Assembly: GCA_964595725.1 (NCBI GenBank) | Contig: CAZQRQ010000007.1 | Coordinates: 6,039-70,038, forward strand | DNA from: an uncultured Rikenellaceae bacterium | Lineage (GTDB): Bacteria; Bacteroidota; Bacteroidia; Bacteroidales; VadinHA17 | Length of the DNA: 64,000 bases | Direction of reading: 5' to 3' | In this document: in pieces, positions 18,033 through 28,070 of the stretch | Position numbering within the stretch: the stretch's first letter is position 1 | How the letters are laid out: each line of letters opens with the position of its first letter | Made by a program: the position numbers and the translations under genes | Notes under the pieces: generated by a model | Database searches by the model: none | Told to the model about the DNA's origin: nothing | The model's input: only the letters and a program-made list of their open reading frames with translations

Positions 18033-20366
18033 ATGAAAAAAGTAATTTTGGGACTCTGTATTGTGCCTGTGCTGGTATCAGGCCAGATAACAGAGAACTT
18101 TGAGTCGGGTAATCTTGAAAACTGGACCCAGTCTGCTGATCACCACTGGGAAGCTGACACGATTTCACCTATCTCCGGCTCATTTTCGCTCCACCATGTA
18201 TTCGACAGTCCCGATGCGGGTTCAGACCAGGTAGCTGCTATCCTAAAAGACCTTGTGCCTTCAGAGGGTGAAACACAATGGTCATTCCTTGTCAGGCATG
18301 GATATGATCCATCTTCATCAAATAACTGGTCCGTTTTCCTTATGTGCGATGTCGGTCCTCCCGGGATTTTACCGGGAGGAAATTGTAACGGCTTTGCCGT
18401 TGGAGTAAACCTTACAGGTTATGATGATACTCTCAGGTTGTGGAAATTGAAGGATGGCGATCCATCAGTAGTTGTTACCACAACACTTAACTGGCAAAAT
18501 GACGCCGGTATCGATTCCCCTTTAAGGATTGACGTGACAAGGACTTCAGAAGGATGGTGGGAAATCGCTATTTCTGATATATCAGGAAATGCTAAAGGTG
18601 CCGGAACCGGCGCTGACAATGATTTGTTTGATATCTCCTGGTTTGGTGTTTTTTACGAGTATTCATCCACACACGACAGGCTCCTGTGGCTTGACGATAT
18701 TTCTGTTGACGGTCCGTTCATTGAAAACTATGTTCCGGTAAAGGCAGTTACCGGAGATGTAATAATAACCGAGGTCATGGCAGACCCTATCCCTTCTGTT
18801 AAACTTCCTGAATATGAATACCTTGAAATTTTCAACAGGAGTCTGAAAAAGCTGGACCTCAAGAACTGGGAACTGCGGTATGAGGATCACCGGTCATTAT
18901 TCCCCGACGTTTTAATTGAGTCCGGAGAATATTTATTGCTATGTTCTGCCACGGACACCTCTGCCCTTGCCTGTTATGCAAGAACGATAGGGCTCAAGTC
19001 CTTTCCTTCTCTTAATGATAATGGTCGATGGCTTGCATTATATAATAACAGTGGAGCGATAATACACTCTTTATGTTATTCAGACTCGTGGTATGGAAAC
19101 GTTCTTAAGTCGGATGGAGGTTGGTCGCTTGAAATGACGGACACTGGCTATCCGTTCTATGAAGAAGGTAACTGGAAGGTTTCTGTATCCCGTTCGGGTG
19201 GAACTCCGGGAAGCATAAACTCTGTTTCGGGAACCAACAGGGATAATATTTTCCGAGGTATCCTTAATGCCTTTCCTGTCGACAGCATCAATGTGTTGGT
19301 AACATTTTCTGAATTTGTGATAACGGACTCTGCTGATAAAATGGATATTAAAATTGATGACAGGGAAATTTCCGGGGCGGTCCGCTATGGTGAAACAGGA
19401 AAAGAATTGCTGGTAAAAACAGGAATGATTCTTAAGCCAGGGATTGTCTATTCTCTTTTCTGCCCTGAGGCGATAAGAGATTTTGCCGGCAACACAGCCG
19501 AAAAAAGTTATTTCGAATTTGGATTGCCTGAAGAGCCCGTAAAAAGTGATATTGTGTTTAACGAGATCCTGTTCAATCCTTTTCCCGGTGATGCAGATTT
19601 TATAGAGCTGTATAACCGTTCGGGCAAGATCGTTGATATTTCTAAGCTTTTTCTAGTTTCAGTAAATGACGTAACAGGTGATACATCTTCTCTTTACAGG
19701 CTCTCGGATATTGCCAGGTGCTTTCTGCCAGGTGATTATTTTGTATTTTCAACTGATCCGGAATCGATTATTACCCGCTATCACACCTGTTCCAGGGATA
19801 ATATTTTCGAAGTTAACCAGCTTCCCTCCATGCCGGATGATGAGGGTCACCTTGTGTTACTGAACAGGCAGATGGAGGCGGTTGATGATTTACGATATGA
19901 TGAGGATATGCATTTCCCTTTGCTGTCGGATAATGAAGGTTTCTCACTGGAGAGGATAAACCCGGAATGCAATACATGGCATTCCGCATCTGAAGTGTCG
20001 GGATGGGCAACCCCGGGATGTCCAAATTCTGTCTATTCTGAAAATCCTGTTCCCGAGGGTTCCGTATCTCTTTCAACAACAAGAATAACTCCTGATAATG
20101 ACGGGAATGATGATATTTTGCTAATAAGTCTGAATTTCCCAGATTACGGTGAAGTGATCAGTGTCCTTATCTTTTCTGAAACTGGTTTCCTGGTAAGGAG
20201 ACTTGCAGAAAATCAGCTGACCGGCCCTGATAACATTCTGGCCTGGGATGCTGCCGGTGATGATGGTTCTCTGGTTGACAGAGGTATTTATATAATATAT
20301 ATCTCATCCTTCAGTGAAAATGGAAGTAAAAAGGAGTGGAAAAAGGTATGTACTGTATTGAGGTAG
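18033..20366 (+). CDS. Secreted protein with two lamin-tail (LTD) domains and a CHU_C/T9SS-type C-terminal domain
   Basis: ATG 18033 gives a signal peptide (MKKVILGLCIVPVLVSGQ). LTD motifs are VIITEVMADPIP...EYLEIFNRS and IVFNEILFNPFPGDADFIELYNRS. The C-terminal motif is ITPDNDGNDDILLISL. The track start 17832 would overlap asd. Confidence 0.7.
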   Translation: MKKVILGLCIVPVLVSGQITENFESGNLENWTQSADHHWEADTISPISGSFSLHHVFDSPDAGSDQVAAILKDLVPSEGETQWSFLVRHGYDPSSSNNWSVFLMCDVGPPGILPGGNCNGFAVGVNLTGYDDTLRLWKLKDGDPSVVVTTTLNWQNDAGIDSPLRIDVTRTSEGWWEIAISDISGNAKGAGTGADNDLFDISWFGVFYEYSSTHDRLLWLDDISVDGPFIENYVPVKAVTGDVIITEVMADPIPSVKLPEYEYLEIFNRSLKKLDLKNWELRYEDHRSLFPDVLIESGEYLLLCSATDTSALACYARTIGLKSFPSLNDNGRWLALYNNSGAIIHSLCYSDSWYGNVLKSDGGWSLEMTDTGYPFYEEGNWKVSVSRSGGTPGSINSVSGTNRDNIFRGILNAFPVDSINVLVTFSEFVITDSADKMDIKIDDREISGAVRYGETGKELLVKTGMILKPGIVYSLFCPEAIRDFAGNTAEKSYFEFGLPEEPVKSDIVFNEILFNPFPGDADFIELYNRSGKIVDISKLFLVSVNDVTGDTSSLYRLSDIARCFLPGDYFVFSTDPESIITRYHTCSRDNIFEVNQLPSMPDDEGHLVLLNRQMEAVDDLRYDEDMHFPLLSDNEGFSLERINPECNTWHSASEVSGWATPGCPNSVYSENPVPEGSVSLSTTRITPDNDGNDDILLISLNFPDYGEVISVLIFSETGFLVRRLAENQLTGPDNILAWDAAGDDGSLVDRGIYIIYISSFSENGSKKEWKKVCTVLR

Positions 20367-20377
20367 GGTCGGATCCC

Positions 20378-21187
20378 TTATAGCGAGGAAATAAGCTCGG
20401 TCATTATTGTCGTCATCCTGGATTCAGTTTTTTCAGCTTCCCTCTGGACAGATTCGTGCGTCGTGTATTCTATCTTACCTTCAACGCCCAGGTCAGTTAT
20501 GATGCTCACCGCGAAGCATGGTAAACCCATATGCCGGGCTATGATTACTTCAGGCACGGTTGACATGCCTACCGCATCGGCGCCGATGATCCTGAAATAT
20601 TTGTATTCGGCCGGGGTTTCAAAAGTGGGCCCGCTTGTGGAGAGATATACTCCCTTGTGGATACGAATATTATTTGCTTCAGCAATAAGCAGGGCTCTCT
20701 TTATGAGGTAAGGATCATAGGCTTCACCCATATCCGGGAACCGGGGACCAATACGTTCGTCATTTGGTCCGATAAGAGGGTTAGGCAGAAGATTTATATG
20801 ATCGGTAATTATCATTATATCACCTATCTGGAAATCAGGATTCAAACCACCAGCCGCATTACTTAGAAAGAGACTCTGTATTCCCAGGTGTTTCAGGACA
20901 CGAACCGGAAAGGAGAGTTGGTCGGAATTATGTCCTTCGTAGAAATGGAATCTTCCTTTCATGGCAATAATTTTCCTTTTACCAAAATCGCCGTATATCA
21001 GCTTCCCTTCGTGGCCTTCGACCGTGGGTACCGGGAAGTTCGGAATTTCGCTGTAGTCTATTTCGACTGGATTCCTGATATTTGCAGCCAGGCCGCCAAG
21101 TCCTGTCCCCAGGACAATGCCTGCGTCAGGGGAATTGAAGCCCTTTGATTTAAGGAACTCAACTGTCTCTTTTATTTTTTCTAACAT
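20378..21187 (-). CDS. Purine nucleoside phosphorylase (inosine/guanosine type)
   Basis: 269 aa. Motifs are GIVLGTGLGGLA, GRFHFYEGH, LSNAAGGLNP and GADAVGMSTVPEVI. Confidence 0.85.
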   Translation of the reverse strand: MLEKIKETVEFLKSKGFNSPDAGIVLGTGLGGLAANIRNPVEIDYSEIPNFPVPTVEGHEGKLIYGDFGKRKIIAMKGRFHFYEGHNSDQLSFPVRVLKHLGIQSLFLSNAAGGLNPDFQIGDIMIITDHINLLPNPLIGPNDERIGPRFPDMGEAYDPYLIKRALLIAEANNIRIHKGVYLSTSGPTFETPAEYKYFRIIGADAVGMSTVPEVIIARHMGLPCFAVSIITDLGVEGKIEYTTHESVQREAEKTESRMTTIMTELISSL

Positions 21188-22244
21188 ATTTAAGAATCAG
21201 ATTGTTAAACTCATCCTGGTCGTCATTCAGAAATTCGATACCAACCGGTATATAATATAATGAAGATCGCAAAGGTTCAGCAATATTAGTAAATTCTGCT
21301 AACCGGACAGCATCTTTTTCAGTGGTAAATACACATTTTGTTTCAGAGCTTAGGTTATGAAGGGCTTCAGAAATTTTCAGCAGATCCTTTTCCGTGTATT
21401 TATGATGGTCTCTGTACCTGATGTGTACTACTTCGTCGTATTGATTTTCCAGGTATTCTTTTAATGGGTCAGGATTTGCGATGCCTGTTACCAGAACAAT
21501 CCCAAAACTGTCAGCGTTATCAATTTCTCCTTCCTTGTTTTCCGTTACAGTATGCTTGAATACAGGTAAAGGTTCCTGGTATCTGAAGCAGGTGAAATAA
21601 ATATTCTGGTAAGCAGCTTTATCCATCTCTTTGGCAATAAGCCGTCGTTGAATAGGCTGCAGATCAACAGGCGATTTTGTAACCAGGATGATATCAGCCC
21701 TGTACATGGCAAGCCTGCTCTCCCGGAGATCACCATACGGCAGAAGGTGGTCATTCATCATGAGCCGGTTGTAGTCGGTTAGCAGAATTGAATACCCTGG
21801 CGTTAGCCTCCTGTGTTGAAAACCATCATCAAGGATTATTACTTCCACTCCGACAGGAGATTTGATCAGTTTCCTTACACCATGAACCCTGTCGCGATCG
21901 ACAGCGATGGTGATATCCGGGTGTTTTCTGAATATCTGCAGGGGCTCATCACCAAGGTCGGCAACGGATGAAGAGCTGTCAGCAATCCTGAATCCCCTGC
22001 TATTTCTCATATAGCCCCTGCTGAGAGTGGCAACCCTGTATCTGCTTTTCAGGTGTTCAACAAGGTATTCGGTGTGAGGTGTTTTTCCCGTGCCGCCTAC
22101 TGTAATATTCCCGACACAGATTACAGGGATCCTGAATTTGAAGGAACGAAGGACACCTGTGTTGTACATGAAGTTTCTTATGCCTGTAACAGCACCATAA
22201 ATAAGTGCAATAGGATAAAGCAATATATTCCTCTTTCTTGTCAA
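21159..22244 (-). CDS. lpxK: Tetraacyldisaccharide 4'-kinase
   Basis: 361 aa. P-loop VICVGNITVGGTGKTP, then LSRGY and ILDDGFQHR. Confidence 0.9.
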   Translation of the reverse strand: MTRKRNILLYPIALIYGAVTGIRNFMYNTGVLRSFKFRIPVICVGNITVGGTGKTPHTEYLVEHLKSRYRVATLSRGYMRNSRGFRIADSSSSVADLGDEPLQIFRKHPDITIAVDRDRVHGVRKLIKSPVGVEVIILDDGFQHRRLTPGYSILLTDYNRLMMNDHLLPYGDLRESRLAMYRADIILVTKSPVDLQPIQRRLIAKEMDKAAYQNIYFTCFRYQEPLPVFKHTVTENKEGEIDNADSFGIVLVTGIANPDPLKEYLENQYDEVVHIRYRDHHKYTEKDLLKISEALHNLSSETKCVFTTEKDAVRLAEFTNIAEPLRSSLYYIPVGIEFLNDDQDEFNNLILKYVRKNKRDS

Positions 22245-22245
22245 A

Positions 22246-24015
22246 TCAATGTATCTCTATGAAATATGGTAATCTTGCCTGGATCCCTGTAAGAGTTGAT
22301 ATTTCTTTTATCTGGTTGTAGTATTTAATGTATTCTCCGAGCTCCTTAGCTGCTATCTTCATTCTGACATCTCCGGATATCGTTGCCAGTAGCTTCGTGT
22401 AAGGGTCTTCGAGGACCGGGTATTCCCTTATTGAATATTTATCGACGTCAGCCATCTCAATGGCCTCCACCACAGCATCTTCCAGGCCGCCAAGCTTATC
22501 AACCAGTCCTTTTTCAAGTGCCCTTGCACCGGTCCATACCCGACCCTGTCCTATACTGTCAACATATGAGGTATTCATATTCCTTCCGCTTGCAACCTTG
22601 CCAACAAAATCAGCATATACCTTTTCTATGCTCTTCTGCATAACTTCCCTTTCATATATATCCATAGGACGATAAAGAGAAGGAAAGTCTGAGTAACTGT
22701 TCGTATTAACATTTTCCATCGTGATTCCTATTTTGTCTCTCAGAAGCTTCGAAGCATTGGGAATAAGTCCAAATACTCCTATTGATCCAGAAAGTGTAGC
22801 GGGATCAGCAAATATCTCAGTAGCGGGTGCAGAAATATAATATCCTCCTGAGGCAGCATAGTTACCCATGGAAACGATAACAGGTTTCTGCTCCTTTGCC
22901 AGGGAGAGCTCCCTCCACATTACATCTGAAGCAATCGCATTGCCACCGGGTGAATTAACCCTGAGAACTATGGCTTTTACCGTGGTGTCTTTTCTTTGTT
23001 CCCTGATGATTTCAGCGTAATAATTGCCTCCGATGTTGGTTTCATTGCCTTTTCCCATTACAATATTCCCTTCAGCATAAATTACTGCAATTTTATTGCG
23101 GGAAGAGTAATTTCTGACGGATTCAGGGACCTTGGAATATCTGGTCATCGATACAAGCTCTATTTTATCATCCAAAGTGAGGCCCATATGTATCTTAATG
23201 GTATCAATCAGGGCATCACGGTATATCAGACCATCAACAAGGTCATTCTCAAGTGCTCCGGCAGGATCGGTACAGGAGAGGTTATCAGCCAGGCTGTTCA
23301 GCTTATCTTCAGTAATATTTCTTGATACGGATATCTCGCTGACAACATGGTTCCATATCGAACCTATATAGTCTTTTATCTGTGCCCTGTTCTCCTCGCT
23401 CAGTTCAGACAGCAGGTATGGCTCAACGGCACCCTTGAACTTACCGTGACGTACTACCTGTACTTCAACTCCTATCTTGTCAAGAGCTTTTTTATAAAAC
23501 ATGACCTCCCCGCTCAGACCTTTAAATTCCATCACGGAACCCGGGTTAACAAATATCTTATCAGCTGATGAAGAAAGGTAATATCCCTGCTGGGTCATTA
23601 CATAATCTGACCAGGCATAGACAAACTTACCGCTTTCACGGAATTCTGTCAGTGCTGATCTTATCTCTCCGGTGGTCGCCCATCCGGATGGGAGAGCTCC
23701 GTTCTCAATGAGGATTCCTTTTATATTATCGTCCGCAGCAGCTTTTTTTATGTTGCTGAGAATGTCATTAAGACCGGGAGTGGGAGAGAAACTCATATTT
23801 ATGATGTCAAAAGACGCCCATGGATTTGGATTGCTGCGATCAGGGACCGGCACACCGGCTTTAAGTATCAATACAGAATTATCGCTTATTGATACTGGTT
23901 TTTCACCTGATGCAATGATTGCGCTTAGGCTTGCAAGCATGATGACGAAGAATATTAAAGTTGAGAGGATTATCCCGGTAATCGTGGCCAGGGTATAGAT
24001 AATAAAGTTTTTCAT
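22246..24015 (-). CDS. sppA: Signal peptide peptidase SppA, 67K type
   Basis: 589 aa with an N-terminal TM and duplicated S49 domains (INSPGGNAIASD, YAASGGYYIS). Confidence 0.85.
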   Translation of the reverse strand: MKNFIIYTLATITGIILSTLIFFVIMLASLSAIIASGEKPVSISDNSVLILKAGVPVPDRSNPNPWASFDIINMSFSPTPGLNDILSNIKKAAADDNIKGILIENGALPSGWATTGEIRSALTEFRESGKFVYAWSDYVMTQQGYYLSSSADKIFVNPGSVMEFKGLSGEVMFYKKALDKIGVEVQVVRHGKFKGAVEPYLLSELSEENRAQIKDYIGSIWNHVVSEISVSRNITEDKLNSLADNLSCTDPAGALENDLVDGLIYRDALIDTIKIHMGLTLDDKIELVSMTRYSKVPESVRNYSSRNKIAVIYAEGNIVMGKGNETNIGGNYYAEIIREQRKDTTVKAIVLRVNSPGGNAIASDVMWRELSLAKEQKPVIVSMGNYAASGGYYISAPATEIFADPATLSGSIGVFGLIPNASKLLRDKIGITMENVNTNSYSDFPSLYRPMDIYEREVMQKSIEKVYADFVGKVASGRNMNTSYVDSIGQGRVWTGARALEKGLVDKLGGLEDAVVEAIEMADVDKYSIREYPVLEDPYTKLLATISGDVRMKIAAKELGEYIKYYNQIKEISTLTGIQARLPYFIEIH

Positions 24016-24083
24016 AATGATAATGAGTATGTTCAGGTTTTAAATATAACTCAAAATGAACAATAATAATAAAAAGGAATTAA

Positions 24084-24091
24084 TACTTTTG
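24084..24091 (+). promoter_or_regulatory. Candidate Bacteroidota -7 box (TAnnTTTG) upstream of folK
   Basis: TACTTTTG lies 20 nt upstream of the folK ORF start. This is a consensus match only. Confidence 0.35.
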
Positions 24092-24110
24092 CAATCAAAC
24101 CGTTTGAATA

Positions 24111-24602
24111 TTGAAAAAGGTATTTCTAGGATTGGGGTCTAATCTTGGAGACAGGCTTGAGAATATAGGTACTGCCATCATGATGATCGGGGAGCATGCA
24201 GGTAGTGTTATTGCATCGTCTTCCCTGTATGAGACTGAACCATGGGGATTCGAGGCCGACAACAAATTCATCAACAAGGTCATCTGTATCAACACTGATC
24301 TTTCTCCGTCTGCATTATTGGGAAGGTTGCTGATGATAGAGGCAAAGCTTGGCCGGCTAAGGTGTGAGGGAAAATATGTTTCACGAACAATTGATATTGA
24401 TATACTTTTTTATGGTAATGAAGTAATTGATGATAATGTACTTCAGATTCCACATCCGAGATTGCATGAGCGAAGATTTGTGCTTACGCCTCTTAATGAG
24501 ATTGCCCCCGGACTTATGCATCCGGTACTGAAGAAAAATGTAAGAATCCTCTCAGATGAATGCAGTGACAAATCCGGTGTTCTCCCTTATATTATTAACT
24601 AG
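24111..24602 (+). CDS. folK: 2-amino-4-hydroxy-6-hydroxymethyldihydropteridine diphosphokinase
   Basis: 163 aa. Motifs are FLGLGSNLGDR, SSLYETEPWG, IDIDILFYG and HPRLHERRFVLTPLNEIAP. The start is TTG in the track, so the exact start is uncertain. Confidence 0.85.
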   Translation: MKKVFLGLGSNLGDRLENIGTAIMMIGEHAGSVIASSSLYETEPWGFEADNKFINKVICINTDLSPSALLGRLLMIEAKLGRLRCEGKYVSRTIDIDILFYGNEVIDDNVLQIPHPRLHERRFVLTPLNEIAPGLMHPVLKKNVRILSDECSDKSGVLPYIIN

Positions 24603-24622
24603 CTAGGTTTTTCGTCAGTATC

Positions 24623-25306
24623 CTAAAGGAGCCCGTTATCAGCAAAGCTATAGTAGTCATTATCGGCTATAATAATGTGGTCAAGCAACTGTATGTCGAT
24701 CATATTGCCGGCTTCTTTTATCTTAGTTGTTATTCTGGCATCGGATTCGCTCGGGTTAAGGTTCCCCGAGGGATGATTATGGCAGATTATTATCCCGGAT
24801 GCAAGGTACTCAATGGCTTTCTTCATAACCATCCTGACGTCAGTGACTGTTCCGCTTATTCCTCCCTGGCTAAGTCGCATCCTGCCGATTACCCTGTTCG
24901 ACCTGTTAAGGAATAAGACCCAGAATTCTTCATGAGGAAGGTCTGACAGAAGCGGGCTGAGAACATCATGTACATCTTTGGAACATTTAATCTGGAAAAG
25001 TTCAGGTGATTCCGCCAGCTTCCTTCGTCTTCCAAGTTCGAGGGCAGCTGCTATGGTTATTGCTCTGGCATTTCCTATGCCCCTGATCTTTGTGATATCG
25101 GGTATGCTGAGCTTTCCCAGGGCGTTGAGGTTATTGTCGGCCAGCGACAACAGTTCCCTGCCAAGGTCAACTGCCGATCTGTCGCGTGTTCCGGAGCCAA
25201 TCAGGATACCAAGGAGTTCTGCATCACTCAATGCAGAAGTTCCTTTTTGATACAATTTTTCCCTGGGCCTGTCTTCGACAGCCCAGTCGGTTATTTTAAG
25301 AGACAT
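24623..25306 (-). CDS. radC: RadC-family JAB-domain protein
   Basis: Motifs are MSLKITDWAVEDRPREKL, ELLGILIGSGT and the JAMM motif IICHNHPSGNLNPSESD. The internal ATG (aa 27 of the track ORF) is preferred as the start. Confidence 0.85.
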   Translation of the reverse strand: MSLKITDWAVEDRPREKLYQKGTSALSDAELLGILIGSGTRDRSAVDLGRELLSLADNNLNALGKLSIPDITKIRGIGNARAITIAAALELGRRRKLAESPELFQIKCSKDVHDVLSPLLSDLPHEEFWVLFLNRSNRVIGRMRLSQGGISGTVTDVRMVMKKAIEYLASGIIICHNHPSGNLNPSESDARITTKIKEAGNMIDIQLLDHIIIADNDYYSFADNGLL

Positions 25307-25413
25307 TACAGCGAGAAAATGAAAGCATAAAAAAGAAAGATAATGAATAAATGGATTATTTAAAAGAAAAATAGAATAAATCATATACCTAAAGACCTTT
25401 ATGCAAAATTAAT

Positions 25414-25561
25414 ACCTCACCCTAAATCCCTCCCGGTTTAACGGGAGGGACTTAAAAGGAAGATATTGAATGCTTTACTCCCCTTCTCCTGAAGGAGGAG
25501 GGGCTTCCGCTGCTGCGCAATTGGTTGTCCCGAATTATCGGGAGGCCGGGGGATGAGGTGA
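25414..25561. repeat. Palindromic GC-rich intergenic element bounded by CCTCACCC ... GGATGAGGTG
   Basis: The termini ACCTCACCCTAAATCCCTCCC and GGGAGGCCGGGGGATGAGGTG are inverted. Internal hairpins are TCCCTCCCG-GTTTAA-CGGGAGGGA, CCCCTTCTCC-TGAA-GGAGGAGGGG and CCCGA-ATTA-TCGGG. Related copies lie at 30105-30187 and 33061-33262. Confidence 0.7.
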
Positions 25562-25592
25562 AAATAAAAAAGGCTGCCATTTCCGGCGGCCT
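25561..25592 (-). terminator. Rho-independent terminator of rpsT
   Basis: Minus-strand RNA AGGCCGCC-GGAAAU-GGCAGCCU pairs at 7 of 8 stem positions and is followed by UUUUUAUUUU. Confidence 0.6.
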
Positions 25593-25617
25593 GGTGACAT
25601 ATTCTGAAATAACAGAA

Positions 25618-25869
25618 TTAAAGGCTGTTTATGTGCTTGGTTATAGAAGACTTCAGGTTTGCGGCCTTGTTACGGTGAATGACATTTTGCTTTGCAAGCC
25701 TGTCGAGCATGGAGGATACTTTCGGCAGCATTTCTCCTGCTTCTTCCTTACTTGTCGTGGAGCGGATCTTCTTGAGGGCATTACGCATTGTCTTGGCGTA
25801 ATACTTGTTTTTTTCATTCCTTATAACGGTTTGTCTGATCCTTTTTTCAGCTGATTTATGATTTGCCAT
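25618..25869 (-). CDS. rpsT: 30S ribosomal protein S20
   Basis: 83 aa, beginning [13 protein letters not shown]... Confidence 0.9.
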   Translation of the reverse strand: MANHKSAEKRIRQTVIRNEKNKYYAKTMRNALKKIRSTTSKEEAGEMLPKVSSMLDRLAKQNVIHRNKAANLKSSITKHINSL

Positions 25870-25912
25870 TCTATGATGCTTTAATCTTACTTTAAATATA
25901 CTCTACTATTCG

Positions 25913-25984
25913 TAGTCCATAGGGGAATCGAACCCCTGTTACCAGGATGAAAACCTGACGTCCTAACCACTAGACGAATGGACC
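25913..25984 (-). tRNA. tRNA-Glu (anticodon UUC)
   Basis: Reverse complement: GGTCCAT-TC-GTCT-AGTGGTTA-GGAC-G-TCAGG-TTTTCAT-CCTGG-TAAC-AGGGG-TTCGATT-CCCCT-ATGGACT-A. Positions 1:72 form a G-U pair. Confidence 0.85.
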
Positions 25985-26116
25985 ATAAAAGAACTTAAAA
26001 AAGAACTTCAAAATGCGGATGCAAAGAAAATACCTTTTTTCCGAACTGCAAAATTTTTCCTGAAAAAAGGTATTATATATCGTATAGTGTTACAGAGACT
26101 TTGGCAGGCTGGCTTT

Positions 26117-26587
26117 TCAGAATACATACCTTATGGAAAGGCCGCCATTTAATCCTCCCCAACCGACATTTCCGATAATATTAATAGTAGGAAGAAGGTC
26201 AAGAGAAAGGTTCAAGGGTATCTCATCGAAAGTATATTCAAGGCCCAGTATGCCATCTGCTCCCAATGCCGGACCTGAATATGTTGCGTCAAGCCAGGGA
26301 TTTGTCCCTGCATCCCAGAAGCCTACATGGGCACCAAGGCCCCAGAACCAGTTCAGACCAGGAAACTGTCCGGTCCAGTGTTCATTTTCAAAAAGCCCGG
26401 TAACCACAAATCCGCCCCATTTTCCGGCAAGTATCCCTTCAAGTGCGTTTGTTTTATTTACAAAATGTTTGAGAGTTGCACCATAAGGGTACCCTGCCCT
26501 CAATCCCAGGGCTGTTTTATATTCCTGTGCTTTTGACAGGGAACTGAGACAAATTGCCAGTGTGATCAGTAAAAATATTCTTTTCAT
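26117..26587 (-). CDS. Small outer-membrane beta-barrel protein (unknown function)
   Basis: 156 aa with a signal peptide. It is Gly/aromatic-rich with alternating strands and a C-terminal ...LSIRYVF typical of OMPs. Confidence 0.55.
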   Translation of the reverse strand: MKRIFLLITLAICLSSLSKAQEYKTALGLRAGYPYGATLKHFVNKTNALEGILAGKWGGFVVTGLFENEHWTGQFPGLNWFWGLGAHVGFWDAGTNPWLDATYSGPALGADGILGLEYTFDEIPLNLSLDLLPTINIIGNVGWGGLNGGLSIRYVF

Positions 26588-26685
26588 AATTTCTTGTTTT
26601 GAGTTGCAATATTAGTCAATAATCATTTAGAATAACAACTATTCACAATGATTTGCTCAATAATTTTATTAAAAATTACCATAAT

Positions 26686-28044
26686 TCACTCGAGTAATTC
26701 CTTCGCCAGTTTCTGCATGTCTGTACCATTGAAATCTCCCGAACTCATCAGCAGGAAAACCTGGTTGGAAGACCTGTTGTGTTTCAGTTCGTCAAACAGC
26801 TTATCAGAATTATCAAAAACCTTCAGGTTATCGCCTCCAAAGTGCCTGGCTATATCTTCCTTTGACACCGGTTCCAGTTTTTTGATCTCAACAGCATGCG
26901 GATTAAAATAAATATAGGCTGCGGTGGCATTCCCGAGTGTGCCCTGGTAATTAGGTAAAAACCCTGTGTTAAGACTTGAGTAGGTATGTAATTCAAGGCA
27001 GGCAACAATACGTTTCCCGGTATACCTCTCGGCCACAGCATCCAGGGTGGCTTTTACTTTCGAGGGGGCATGGGCAAAATCCAGAAAGACAACTGAATTA
27101 TCTGATTCGCCAAGTTTCTGGAGTCTCTTCGATGTCCCTTCGAATGATGTAATTGCCTGGTAAAACTGTTCCTCTGATATGCCGGCTGAAAGAGAAGCTT
27201 CTCTGGCAGCTGAAAGATTCTGCATATTATGTTCTCCGAATATATGCAATGGTATAGTCCTGCTGTGCGTGGCAGCGTAGAATCCTTTCCTGTTCTGGAA
27301 ATAACCATGTGTCCTGTAAGGGATTTTTAATATATCTGCCCTGGCTTCAGCGGCAAGCATTTTAACCTCCTTATCATCCTCATTATATATCAGCGTTCCG
27401 CCCGGTAATATTGTATCGACGAAAATCCTGAACTGATCGACATAGTTTTCGAAAGTGGGGAATACATTTATATGATCCCATGCAATGCCTGTTATAACTG
27501 AAATTACAGGCCTGTAGAGATGAAACTTGGGCCTTCTGTCGATAGGAGAGGTGAGATACTCGTCTCCTTCAAAGACAGCTACCCCGGTATTATCCGAGAG
27601 CCCGACCATCGTTTCATAACCTTCTATGAGGGAACCGACCATATAGTCAAAGTCGACTTCATTATATTTCAGGGCATGCATAATCATCGCCGTGGTTGTT
27701 GTCTTGCCATGGCTTCCGGCAACCACTATCCTCTTCTTGGTTTTAGTCTGTTCGTACAAGTACTCCGGGAACGACCATATTTTAATGCCAACATCCCTGG
27801 CCTTAATGAGTTCCGGATTATCAGCTTTAGCATGCATACCCAGTATTATGGCATCCAGGTCAACAGATATCCTTGAGGGATCCCAGCCTGTTCCTTCAGG
27901 CAGCAGGCCATAAGCTGCCAGCCTGTTTCTCGATGGTTCAAATATCTCATCATCGGATCCCGTGACCTCGTATCCTTTCTTGTGCAATGCAATTGCAAGG
28001 TTATGCATTACGGCTCCGCCTATAGCTATGAAATGTATTCTCAT
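26686..28044 (-). CDS. mpl: Mur ligase family, UDP-N-acetylmuramate:L-Ala-D-Glu-meso-DAP ligase (Mpl)-like
   Basis: 452 aa. N-terminus MRIHFIAIGGAVMHNLAIAL..GYEVTGSD, P-loop VVAGSHGKTTTTAM, followed by a Mur ligase middle and C domain. Confidence 0.7.
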   Translation of the reverse strand: MRIHFIAIGGAVMHNLAIALHKKGYEVTGSDDEIFEPSRNRLAAYGLLPEGTGWDPSRISVDLDAIILGMHAKADNPELIKARDVGIKIWSFPEYLYEQTKTKKRIVVAGSHGKTTTTAMIMHALKYNEVDFDYMVGSLIEGYETMVGLSDNTGVAVFEGDEYLTSPIDRRPKFHLYRPVISVITGIAWDHINVFPTFENYVDQFRIFVDTILPGGTLIYNEDDKEVKMLAAEARADILKIPYRTHGYFQNRKGFYAATHSRTIPLHIFGEHNMQNLSAAREASLSAGISEEQFYQAITSFEGTSKRLQKLGESDNSVVFLDFAHAPSKVKATLDAVAERYTGKRIVACLELHTYSSLNTGFLPNYQGTLGNATAAYIYFNPHAVEIKKLEPVSKEDIARHFGGDNLKVFDNSDKLFDELKHNRSSNQVFLLMSSGDFNGTDMQKLAKELLE

Positions 28045-28070
28045 TTAGTTATTATGCCTGTTCCAAGCTC

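Noticed and set aside
25525-25854. A 109-aa plus ORF.
   Set aside because: It is antisense to rpsT and also runs through the palindromic repeat and the rpsT terminator.
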